DNA of 30,498 nucleotides from Dehalococcoidia bacterium. Its GTDB lineage: Bacteria; Chloroflexota; Dehalococcoidia; Lucifugimonadales; CAUZJF01. The stretch lies in the NCBI GenBank assembly GCA_963579975.1, contig CAUZJF010000001.1, positions 1-30,498 of the forward strand. The letters are read 5' to 3'. Below are positions 18,254-26,479 of this stretch, piece after piece; the first letter of the stretch is position 1; every line of letters starts with the position of its first letter. Both the position numbers and the translations under genes were made by a program. The notes below the pieces were generated by a model. That model was not told the DNA's origin. It searched no databases and saw nothing but the letters and a program-made list of their open reading frames with translations.

Positions 18254-18304
18254 CCGTAGTCCGGTTGCAGGAACAAATCTCAACCCACCAGGAGGCCACA
18301 TCCT

Positions 18305-19273
18305 ATGGCTTCGTCGGAGCGATTGACGTTCGTTGTGCCTGGAGACGACCCGCCCCAGATTCAGGGGTCACCCCACCTGGAGCGTTTAAAGCCTTACGGC
18401 GAAGTCGCTCTGCACACCGACAGGCCGCCCAGTATGGAGGAGCAGCTCTCGCGCGCGCGCGATGCGGAGGTGATCCTGAACACGCGGGGCTCCATCAAGT
18501 GGATGCGGGACGCTATCGATGCCCTTCCAAAGCTCAGGATGATCGCGACGTGCTCGATCGGCACGGACATGGTCGACCTGGCAGCCGCTTCGGAGCGGGG
18601 AATCGTCGTCAGTAACCAGCCTGGCAGGACCGCGCCCGTCGTGGCCGAGCACATCATCGGGCTGATGTTCGCCATCGCCAAGCGGGCCGCGTATCAGACG
18701 GCCGAGGTGAAGGCCGGACGTTGGGCCGCGATGCAGAACGTGTACCTGCAGGGCAAGACTATGGGCATCGTCGGCACCGGCAACGTCGGCCGCGAGGTGG
18801 CCCGCCTGTCGAAGGCCCTGGGGATGAGGACTGTCGCGTGGACGTTCAACCCGTCGGCTATCCGTGCCGCGGAACTCGGCGTGGAGTTCGTCGAGCTGGA
18901 CGCCCTGCTACGTCAGGCAGACGTCGTGAGCCTGCACGTTCGCCTGACCGACGACAGCCGAGGGATGATCGGAACGCGGGAACTGGCACTGATGAAGTCC
19001 GGTACATTGCTGGTGAACGGCGGAAGGGGCGAGCTCGTAGATGTGGCCGCTTTGGTCGAGGCGCTGCATTCGGGCCATCTGGCGGGGGCGGGCCTGGATG
19101 TCTTCGACGCGGAGCCTCTGCCCGCCGACCACCCGATACTGTCTTGCGAGCAGGTGGTCTTGACACCTCACGTCGCCGACCAGACGCCGGAGGGCGTCGA
19201 GCTGCTCAACGAGGGGTGCGTCGACAACGTGATCGCGTTCCTCGATGGAAAGCCGCTGAACGTCGTTGTATAG
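18305..19273 (+). CDS. D-isomer-specific 2-hydroxyacid dehydrogenase
   Basis: GIVVSNQPG, VAEH, GKTMGIVGTGNVG, DVVSLH, NGGRG, AGLDVF..EP, LTPHVA. Confidence 0.93.
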   Translation: MASSERLTFVVPGDDPPQIQGSPHLERLKPYGEVALHTDRPPSMEEQLSRARDAEVILNTRGSIKWMRDAIDALPKLRMIATCSIGTDMVDLAAASERGIVVSNQPGRTAPVVAEHIIGLMFAIAKRAAYQTAEVKAGRWAAMQNVYLQGKTMGIVGTGNVGREVARLSKALGMRTVAWTFNPSAIRAAELGVEFVELDALLRQADVVSLHVRLTDDSRGMIGTRELALMKSGTLLVNGGRGELVDVAALVEALHSGHLAGAGLDVFDAEPLPADHPILSCEQVVLTPHVADQTPEGVELLNEGCVDNVIAFLDGKPLNVVV

Positions 19274-19320
19274 CTACGGGGCTTACCGGCCGTTCTCGGC
19301 GGACGGCCCGACGGTGAACC

Positions 19321-19647
19321 ATGGATGAGATAGCCAAGTACAATCGTGACCGCTGGGAAGAGCTGGCAGGCGCGGGAGTCGCGTATTCCCTGCCTGAGCT
19401 GGACCTAGATGAGCAAACGGCTCGTGGGATGGTCGACCCAGAAGGGTTCTTGGGAGACGTGGCCGGAAAGGACGTGCTGTGTCTGGCCGGGGGTGGAGGC
19501 CAGCAGTCTGCGGCTTTTGGCATCCTTGGCGCAGACGTTACGGTCCTGGACCTTTCGAAGACCCAGCTGGCCAGGGACCGTGAGGCAGCGGACCACTACG
19601 GGCTAAACATCGAGACCCACCAGGGCGACATGCGTGAGCTTTCGCGA
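19321..19647 (+). pseudogene. Class I SAM-dependent methyltransferase, N-terminal fragment
   Basis: GKDVLCLAGGGGQQS (motif I), VTVLDLS..QL (motif II), QGDMRELS (motif III). Similarity then stops and the frame runs into palindromic DNA. Confidence 0.75.
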
Positions 19648-19673
19648 ATCGCGCCGCGCGTCGTCGAGGTGGC

Positions 19674-19750
19674 GGGCGGGTTTGAAACCCGCGCCCAACG
19701 AGGCGTTGCAGCCGAATTCGGCGACGTAGGGGCGCATGATATGCGCCCTT
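19674..19750. repeat. Compound REP/BIME-like element
   Basis: gcgggttt-g-aaacccgc (19676-19692); caacg-agg-cgttg (19696-19708); perfect gccgaattcggc (19711-19722); GTAG-headed gtag-gggcgcat-gat-atgcgccc (19726-19748). Confidence 0.7.
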
Positions 19751-19751
19751 T

Positions 19752-20069
19752 TCACCCGGCGTGCTCGCCGATCCACTCCCACAGCGTATTGGCTCGTCCG
19801 GCGTGGCCCGGCAGGGCCGGGTCTATGACGCAGCTGCCGCTGCGGGTGTAGGAGCCGATGACCTGGAGGTCGGTGCGTCCCGAGTCCCAGCGCCACGGCG
19901 AGCCGTCTGCGCTGGTGAAGACTGCAGTGCAGAGCTCCCTGGTGACAGGCACTGCCTTGCTGAACCGACGGGACTCTTCCGTACCCCCGAAGACCCAGAA
20001 GCCGTCCCACAGCCTGGGGTTGGATAGGCCGCGTCGAACGTGAGCATTGGCGGCGAATCGGCCTATCAC
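19752..20069 (-). pseudogene. C-terminal fragment of an unidentified protein
   Basis: LWDGFWVFGG...SPWRWDSGRTDLQVIGSYTRSGSCVIDPAL...TLWEWIGEHAG*. High GC3 and coding-like codons. It begins exactly where queG similarity ends. Confidence 0.45.
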
Positions 20070-20529
20070 CCGGCCGGTGGGCGGCGGCCCGGTCGTTCAT
20101 GGGGCCGTCGTCGACAAAGAGGCGCGTGCGGACGGGCCTCCCTGCTACGCCGGACAGGCCGGCGGCCAGCTCCTTCAGCCTAGCCTTTATCATGCCGTGG
20201 TAGTCGTCGCCCCAGGCGTACCGCGCGATCTTGCCGTGAGGAGCACCATTGGCGGGATCCGGTTCGCCTGTCAGGTAGCTGATAGCGACGGCTATGATCG
20301 ACCGGGCGTCTTGGAGGAGCAGTTCCGGGTGAGTGGCCCGACGAACGCGCTCCTCGGTATACCAGGGTAGGCCGTCCATCAGCCCGGCGCGGACCCGTTC
20401 GGCGGCGGCCTTCTCGTCGCGCAGGAAGGGCTCGGCGGACGCGATGCCGACGATATCGAACCCCAGCGACCTAGCGTACCGCTTTACGGCCGTTTTCAGG
20501 CCGGTCGTGCCGTTCGTTTCGCTACTCAC
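20068..20529 (-). pseudogene. queG: Epoxyqueuosine reductase, N-terminal fragment only
   Basis: LGFDIVGIASAEP, HPELLLQDARSIIAVAISY, GKIARYAWGDDYH, FVDDGPMNDRAAA.R.G. After that there is no G..GKN segment and no CxxCxxC 4Fe-4S motif. GTG 20529 has a GAGGT SD. Confidence 0.82.
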
Positions 20530-20652
20530 TGCCACCTCTGTTCCCGTCAAACTATAGCTCACCAGGGGGCTCCGTTGATACACTGTGGTCAGAAATGGAG
20601 GCACGCTCAACCGGAGGGATTGAGGGGGCCAAATCCACGTCGGTTTTCTCTC

Positions 20653-20682
20653 TTGACGGTGTGTCGGCCCCTTCTCTATAAT
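20653..20682 (+). promoter_or_regulatory. Sigma70 promoter for guaB3
   Basis: TTGACG - 18 bp - TATAAT, GGAGGT SD at 20701-20706. Confidence 0.75.
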
Positions 20683-20710
20683 CGCGAAAATCCAACCGCC
20701 GGAGGTACTG

Positions 20711-21853
20711 ATGGCGAGCCCTCAATTGAAGGAACTCAGGCGGGCTTACGGCTTTGACGAGGTCGCCATCGTGCCGGGCGAAGTGACCGTCAACCCCGAC
20801 CAGACGTCGATGGACTTCTCGGTCGGCGGGATAAGTCTATCCACACCGGTCCTGGCCGCGGCGATGGACGCCATCGTCTCCCCCTCCTTCGCCTCCGCTT
20901 TCGACAAGCTTGGCGGTATGGCCGTCATGAACCTCGAGGGCGTTCAGACGAAGTACGAAAATCCGGACGAGGTGCTCAACAAGATTGTCGGAGCACCGCG
21001 CGAGAAGGTCCCCGCGCTCCTCCAGCAAGTCTACAGCGCCCCTATCAGGGAGGACCTCATAGGGGTGCGGGTAGAAGAGATCAGGTCAAGCGGCGCCAAG
21101 TGCGCCGTTTCTGTTACGCCGGCCAGCGCCAAGCGTCTCGCCCCTATCGCCGGTGACGCGGGCGCAGACGTTATCGTCGTCCAGTCGACGGTAACGACGG
21201 CCCGGCATATATCCAAGAGCCACCGAGGACTGGTGTTCTCCGAGCTCCTGGAGATGATCGACGTTCCGGTCATGGTGGGCAACTGCGTAACGTACGACGC
21301 GGCCCTTGAGCTTATGGAGACCGGCGTCCAAGGGGTCATAGTAGGAGTCGGGCCCGGCGCCGCGTGCACCACGAGGGAGGTGACCGGCGTTGGGGTCCCG
21401 CAGGTGACCGCGACGCTGGACTGCTCCGCCGCGAGAGACGAATTCTTCAACCGGACAGGCAAGTACATCCCCATAATCACGGATGGCGGTATTCGGACGG
21501 GCGGCGACCTGTGCAAGGCCTTCGCCTGCGGCGCCGACGCGGTGATGATCGGCTCTCCGTTGGCACAGGCCGAAGAGGCGCCGGGCAAGGGGTACAACTG
21601 GGGGATGGCGAGCCCGCATCCGGCCCTTCCCAGGGGCACGCGGATCGAAGTCGGCACCAAGGGGAGTCTCGAGCAGATCCTATTCGGGCCGACCTCGAAG
21701 GCCGACGGCACCCAGAACCTACTCGGAGCGCTGGAGGTGTGCATGGGGATGGTCGGCGCCTTCAACATCCAAGACATGCATAAGGCCGAGGTCGTGATCG
21801 CCCCTTCGATCAAGACGGAGGGCAAGCACCTCCAGCTCGGTCTCGACTACTAG
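20711..21853 (+). CDS. guaB: IMP dehydrogenase family protein, GuaB3 type (no CBS domain)
   Basis: RRAYGFDEVAIVPG, AMDAIVSP, LGGMAVMNLEG, VQSTVTT, GVGPGAACTTREV.GVGVPQ (catalytic Cys), IITDGGIRTGGD.CKA, NWGMA.PH..LPRGTRI. Confidence 0.92.
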   Translation: MASPQLKELRRAYGFDEVAIVPGEVTVNPDQTSMDFSVGGISLSTPVLAAAMDAIVSPSFASAFDKLGGMAVMNLEGVQTKYENPDEVLNKIVGAPREKVPALLQQVYSAPIREDLIGVRVEEIRSSGAKCAVSVTPASAKRLAPIAGDAGADVIVVQSTVTTARHISKSHRGLVFSELLEMIDVPVMVGNCVTYDAALELMETGVQGVIVGVGPGAACTTREVTGVGVPQVTATLDCSAARDEFFNRTGKYIPIITDGGIRTGGDLCKAFACGADAVMIGSPLAQAEEAPGKGYNWGMASPHPALPRGTRIEVGTKGSLEQILFGPTSKADGTQNLLGALEVCMGMVGAFNIQDMHKAEVVIAPSIKTEGKHLQLGLDY

Positions 21854-21935
21854 GCCCCCAGGTGAGCTGCGTGCTCGCGGCCACCTCATGCCCCACCGGT
21901 ACCATGTCGGTTGACGCCGGGGAGCGGCCTCGCCG

Positions 21936-22890
21936 ATGAAAAGAACCGCAGTATTCCTGGGCGTAGCGGCCACGCTGGTCGCCGTCGCAGGGTTGACAAC
22001 CACCCGACCGTGGGTACCGGTGGTTCACGCCGCCGGCACCCTGTTCGAAGCTTCCCTACAGAGCGGAGACTACGGCGGCGGGCAGGTCGAACACACGAAG
22101 GCCCCGGACCACGGTGGCTCTCCGGGCGTCGTGGGAATCGTCGATTCGCCGGACGGCGTCACCTTCACTCCAACCGAGGTGAGCGGGAAGTCCAATGCAG
22201 TGCTGAGCTGGGCGTTGGATAGTGTCAGCGCCGCGCCCTTGCGCTCCTCCGGGACCATCTCATTCTGCTTCAGCGCGGACCGCGCGGACCATTTCGTCGG
22301 GTGGATATGGGGAGACAACTACGGCTGGGACCAGTTCAATAACGGCCAGCAGACCATTGGGGCGAGCGCCAGCAGGATCGAGAACGGCCCCGGCACAGCG
22401 GATGACGCGGTCTAAAGCTAGCGTAGCACTCCTGGCACAACAGCGTCTGGTACGGGCATCCCGGCGCGACGATTCAGTACGACGAATGGAACCGAGTCGG
22501 CTTTTCGTGGGGTGGCGGGGACAACGACTTCGAAGTCTGGGTCGACGGAGCCCTCCCTGGGGCCGACGACCTGCCCGGAGGCGTCATCCTCCCATGGGGC
22601 AGGATATTCCCGCCCAGCGGTACGGCCTTCGGCCTGGGCGACCTCCACGAGTGAGGATACGGTGCCTATAACAGCGTCGCCGGTGCCGCGTTCGCAGAAA
22701 TATCCGTATATGGGACGCGTACGTCGCCGCTGGCGATTCAGACGCGGTATGCTCGGCGGCCCCAGCGACGTCAGTCCCGGGCGTATCGGGCATGGGTCTT
22801 GGCCTGATGGCAGTGCTACTACTGGGTGCGTCCTTCTGGGCGTATCGGAGTCGGTCACGCAGTCAAAGCCAGCGGTCCATCCATTCGTAG
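21936..22890 (+). pseudogene. Secreted LamG/ConA-like domain protein with a C-terminal TM sorting signal; four lesions
   Basis: Signal peptide; GTISFCF; a -1 shift near 22411; in-frame TAG 22424-22426; YDEWNRVGFSWG...FEVWVDG; in-frame TGA 22652-22654; a shift near 22699 giving FA(D)IRIWD; ends VPGVSGMGLGLMAVLLLGASFWAYRSRSR...TAG 22888-22890. Confidence 0.72.
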
Positions 22891-23906
22891 GCCCTGGCGC
22901 CGCTCCAGCGGTGGCCACCGACGAACTCGTCGACTCCGAAGCGCTCCTCGAAGGACGCCGCTTCGTAGCCACGCCTGACTGCGGCCGCGGCGTCCCGACT
23001 TGCCTCGAGAGGGAACCCGTTGTCCTGGGTCCCAGACTCGATGAGGAGCGGGCGCGGCGCGACCAGGCACCCGACGTCGGAAAGGTCGCCGTACTCCAGC
23101 AGGCCGGTCGGGACCTGAGCGCCGCAGAAGTTGCCGTAGCCGAGAGCGAAGCTGCCGAGGCTGTTCAGGTAGCCGCTCACGACCGCGCACCGGACCCGCT
23201 CGTCCAGCGCCGCGGTGAAGAGGGCCATCGTGCCCCCATAGGATAGCCCCGCCACGCCGACACGCTCTGGGTCGACGTCGGGCCTGGACTGAAGGTAGCT
23301 CAGGGAGCACATGGCGTCCCAGATGTTGAGGGTGAGCAGGTTCTGGCCGAAGAGCATCCCCTTGATGAAGAGCAGGTCGCACGAGTCCTTCCCGCTCCGC
23401 TCCCCTCCAAGACGCCGCTCGCCGAAGCCCCGCCAGTCGGGCGCGATGACGACGTAGCCCCTCTCGGCGAACTGTCGAGCGTAGTCGTAGTTCAGGTCCG
23501 CGATAGTCGATACGCGGCGCTGCTCGCCGTGATCGATGCCGCAGATGTCGTCCTTGCCATGGCCATGGCCATGGCAGGCAAGAATAGCAGGCCGGCGCTC
23601 GCCGGTTTCCATGCCCTTGGGGACGAGGACGTAGGCGACGACGGCCATGTCGGGCTCCGCGTTGAAGAGCACCTTCTCGCGCAGGTACGGGCCTTCGTCG
23701 ACCGTTTCGATGACTTCCGGGTCCAACTCGCAGGGCTCGGGAAACGGCCCTAGACACTCTCGTAATCTCGCTCCGAACTCCTCTTTCCAGGCGCCGAAAT
23801 CGCGGCTTCCGCGTGCGTCGAAGGCCAGCTCGCGGGGAGCTTCGCGGAACTGGGCGAGCAGGTATTCGCCTACGGACAGGTTGCGCGGGCGGATGGTTTG
23901 GGTCAT
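22863..23906 (-). CDS. Alpha/beta hydrolase (dienelactone hydrolase / abhydrolase_7-like)
   Basis: ILACHGHG, YVVIAPDWRGFGER, nucleophile elbow GLSYGG, APRPLLIESG.QD, GGHRW. Confidence 0.88.
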   Translation of the reverse strand: MTQTIRPRNLSVGEYLLAQFREAPRELAFDARGSRDFGAWKEEFGARLRECLGPFPEPCELDPEVIETVDEGPYLREKVLFNAEPDMAVVAYVLVPKGMETGERRPAILACHGHGHGKDDICGIDHGEQRRVSTIADLNYDYARQFAERGYVVIAPDWRGFGERRLGGERSGKDSCDLLFIKGMLFGQNLLTLNIWDAMCSLSYLQSRPDVDPERVGVAGLSYGGTMALFTAALDERVRCAVVSGYLNSLGSFALGYGNFCGAQVPTGLLEYGDLSDVGCLVAPRPLLIESGTQDNGFPLEASRDAAAAVRRGYEAASFEERFGVDEFVGGHRWSGARAYEWMDRWL

Positions 23907-23995
23907 ATCTCACCTCTCGCGACGGAAGAATGGAATATGTGCTCCACGATAATGAACCTGAATTTGCCTGCTTGACGAAGGAGCTCTCATCTCTG

Positions 23996-24019
23996 TCTTC
24001 TCCCAGCGGCGGGAGAAGA
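23996..24019. terminator. Hairpin between the ADH and hydrolase genes
   Basis: Perfect 9-bp stem tcttctccc-agcggc-gggagaaga. No U-tract on either strand. Confidence 0.35.
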
Positions 24020-24070
24020 GGTAGAACCCCGTCCCATTCTTTGGTTTTGAGTCTGATCTCAGCGGTTATG

Positions 24071-25162
24071 TTAGAAGCGGATTACGCCGCGCGCCACCTT
24101 GCCCCGGAGCATGTCATCGAAGGCTTCGTTGATCTGCTCGAGCCGATAGGTGCGGGTCACCAGCTCGTCGAGCTTCAAGCGTCCGGACTTGTAGAGGGCC
24201 AGCAACCGCGGCATATCGTGGCGCGGCCGCGCGGACCCGTAGTTGCTCCCCATGATCGTCTTTTCGCCCCAGAAGACGACGCCGGCGTCGATGGACAGCG
24301 GCTCCCGCGGCGGCGCGCCGATCCAGACGGCCATACCGCGACTCCTAATCGCCCGGACCGTCTGCTCATAGGTGGTCTTCGTCCCGATGGCCTCGAAGGC
24401 GTATTCGGCTCCGAGTCCGTCTGTCAGGGCATGTACTTCAGGGACGGGGTCGCCAGCGGCAGCGTTGATCGTGTGGGTCGCGCCGAGCCGCTTCGCCATC
24501 TCAAGCTTGGCGTCGAGCAGGTCGATCGCGATAATCTTCTCCGCGCCTGAGAGGACGGCTCCCTGGACCACGTTCAACCCGATGCCTCCGACGCCGAACA
24601 CCGCGACGCTGCTGCCGGGACGCACCCGCGCCGTGTTTGTGACGGCGCAGACGCCAGTGGTCACGCTGCACCCGACCAGTGCCGCCTTGTCGAGAGGGAT
24701 GTCTTTGCCGATGGGGATGGCCGACTCTTCGGCTATGACGGTGTATTCCCCGAAAGATGATATGTTGGCGAAGTGGTAGACAGGCTCGCCGTTCACCCTG
24801 TACCTGGTCGTGCCGTCGGCCATGAAGCCTCTTGGAATCCGGCTGGCCATCAGGCACACCGCAGGGTACCCCTGTATGCAGTAGACACAGTTTCCGCAAG
24901 ACGGAGCCCACGAGAGGATGACATGGTCGCCCGGCCGGACGAGAGTCACACCTTCGCCAACCTCCTCGACGACACCGGCCCCTTCGTCGCCCAGGACAGC
25001 AGGTAGGGGGACGCTCAGGTTGCCGGTAACGGCATGGTAGCAGGAGTGACAGACGCCCGTGGCTGCGACCTTCACCAGCACCTCGCCTGCCTGAGGTCCC
25101 TGGAAGTCGACGTTCTCGACGACAAGGGGGCTGTTTAACTCTTGTAGTACCGCTGCTTTCAT
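24071..25162 (-). CDS. Zn-dependent alcohol dehydrogenase (MDR superfamily) with an atypical catalytic-zinc motif
   Basis: GVCHSC, LGDEGAGVV, structural Zn CGNCVYC..GYPAVC, GCSVTTG, GVGGIG, ID acidic residue, LDELVT..Y.LEQINEAF. Confidence 0.93.
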   Translation of the reverse strand: MKAAVLQELNSPLVVENVDFQGPQAGEVLVKVAATGVCHSCYHAVTGNLSVPLPAVLGDEGAGVVEEVGEGVTLVRPGDHVILSWAPSCGNCVYCIQGYPAVCLMASRIPRGFMADGTTRYRVNGEPVYHFANISSFGEYTVIAEESAIPIGKDIPLDKAALVGCSVTTGVCAVTNTARVRPGSSVAVFGVGGIGLNVVQGAVLSGAEKIIAIDLLDAKLEMAKRLGATHTINAAAGDPVPEVHALTDGLGAEYAFEAIGTKTTYEQTVRAIRSRGMAVWIGAPPREPLSIDAGVVFWGEKTIMGSNYGSARPRHDMPRLLALYKSGRLKLDELVTRTYRLEQINEAFDDMLRGKVARGVIRF

Positions 25163-25182
25163 CGCTTTACCCCGATCACTCC

Positions 25183-25208
25183 GGGCAGGTCTGAGAACCT
25201 GCCCCTAG
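25183..25208 (-). repeat. REP-like palindrome (GTAG-type variant)
   Basis: The minus strand reads CTAG-GGGCAGGT-TCTCAG-ACCTGCCC (8-bp perfect stem), matching the architecture of the element at 19726. Confidence 0.55.
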
Positions 25209-25406
25209 GCGGAGCGCCCCATGGTGAGTGGGCGTATTTTAGCCGAGTACCGGGGCGGCCGCATCCCGATGCGCCATGGGACCCTAGGGTCTTTCGATTA
25301 TTGGCCTACGGGAGGTCCTTCGACGGACTCAGGACGACCGGATAGGGGCCTCCGTGCGAGGTTAGCTTGTCGGCCCCCAGCGATTCTGGCGGCTCAAAAT
25401 GGCTTG

Positions 25407-25415
25407 TGGTATATT
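25407..25415 (+). promoter_or_regulatory. Extended -10 promoter for ccmC, probably leaderless
   Basis: TG-G-TATATT ends 7 bp before ATG 25423, and there is no SD. Confidence 0.55.
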
Positions 25416-25422
25416 GCACAAC

Positions 25423-26139
25423 ATGTCAGCAACGGCACCGGAAGCGGTACGACGCACTACCCGGAGCACGACCTGGGACCTTGTCCTCCTGACCGCGGCC
25501 AGTCTGATGGCGCTGACCCTGTACCTCGTGTACCTCTGGGTCCCGACGGAGGTCAACCTCGGCATCTCCCAGAGGATCTTCTACCTCCACCTGCCGCTTG
25601 CCTGGCTCGGCATGATATCCATTCTTGTCGTGGCTGTCGCCAGCGGCATGCATCTCATTACCCGGAAGGAGAAGTGGGACAGCATGGCCTACGCCGCCGC
25701 GGAGATCGGCGTCGTGCTCATCTCGCTGCTGCTGATCACGGGGATAATATGGAACGAACCGGCCTGGGGGCGCTGGTGGACCTGGGACGCCAGGCTTACG
25801 ACAACGCTGATCCTGTGGTTCATCTACGTGGCGTACCTCATGCTGCGGGCGTACGGCCCAAAGGGCTCACAGGGGGCGCGCTACGGCGCGGTCGTCGCTT
25901 TGATCGGCGCCATCGACACGCCCATTATCTACATGGCCACGGTCTGGTGGCGTACCCAGCACCCTGAGCTGAACATCGGCCCCCTTGCGGAGCCCGGGGG
26001 TCTCGACTCGAGGATGCAGCTGACCCTCTGGGTCTCCCTCCTTACCTTTACAGTCCTCTATGTCTACCTATTGGTCGAGCGATATTCTCTCCGGCGCTCA
26101 GAAGCCGGGCTTGACGAGATGTTCCGGAATGCGACCTAA
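25423..26139 (+). CDS. ccmC: Heme exporter / cytochrome c biogenesis protein CcmC
   Basis: RIFYLHLP, Trp-rich WWD motif WGRWWTWDARLTTTLILWFIY, WRTQHP. Start set at ATG 25423. Confidence 0.93.
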   Translation: MSATAPEAVRRTTRSTTWDLVLLTAASLMALTLYLVYLWVPTEVNLGISQRIFYLHLPLAWLGMISILVVAVASGMHLITRKEKWDSMAYAAAEIGVVLISLLLITGIIWNEPAWGRWWTWDARLTTTLILWFIYVAYLMLRAYGPKGSQGARYGAVVALIGAIDTPIIYMATVWWRTQHPELNIGPLAEPGGLDSRMQLTLWVSLLTFTVLYVYLLVERYSLRRSEAGLDEMFRNAT

Positions 26140-26479
26140 CAGCTTCCAAGCACGAATAGTGCTGGGTCTTTTCTTACTGCTGACGATCGCAGTCGTCCAG
26201 CTGCAGGCAATCAGTGTCGATGCGGCTGAGGATGACACCGGGAGGTCCGTCGAAGGAGAGGTCCTGCCACAGCAGACGGCCGACGAAGACTACGACCCCG
26301 AAGCCAACCTGCCATACCTATTCGCAGTTTTTATGGTCACGTGGGCCGGGCTCTTTGGGTTCGTATTCGTGATGACGCGGCGGAGGAGGGAGATGCAGAG
26401 CGAGCTGAATACTCTAAGGAAGGCGATCTCGGAGCAGGACAAGTCCCGCGAACCTCATAGGCGTGGGCCAAATGAGTGA
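26129..26479 (+). CDS. ccmD: CcmD-like protein with an N-terminal signal peptide and acidic linker
   Basis: Lies between ccmC and ccmE and overlaps both. C-terminal YLFAVFMVTWAGLFGFVFVMTRRRREMQSELNTLR is a TM helix plus a basic coiled stretch. Confidence 0.68.
   Translation: MRPNSFQARIVLGLFLLLTIAVVQLQAISVDAAEDDTGRSVEGEVLPQQTADEDYDPEANLPYLFAVFMVTWAGLFGFVFVMTRRRREMQSELNTLRKAISEQDKSREPHRRGPNE

Noticed and set aside
17324-18300. TA module as part of a prophage or IS
   Set aside because: No integrase, transposase, terminal inverted repeats or att-like duplication is visible.
19321-19851. 176-aa ORF as a complete methyltransferase
   Set aside because: After residue 109 or so it translates REP-like palindromes, and the remaining Rossmann strands are absent.
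19603-20610. 335-aa ORF as a full-length QueG
   Set aside because: Only about 154 codons are QueG-like. The remainder is out-of-frame readthrough across another fragment and repeats.
22424-22654. Stop-codon recoding (Sec/Pyl or an alternative genetic code) in the LamG-like gene
   Set aside because: Both TAG and TGA occur together with two frameshifts, at non-catalytic positions one base from TGG and CGA. TGA and TAG terminate intact genes elsewhere in the window.
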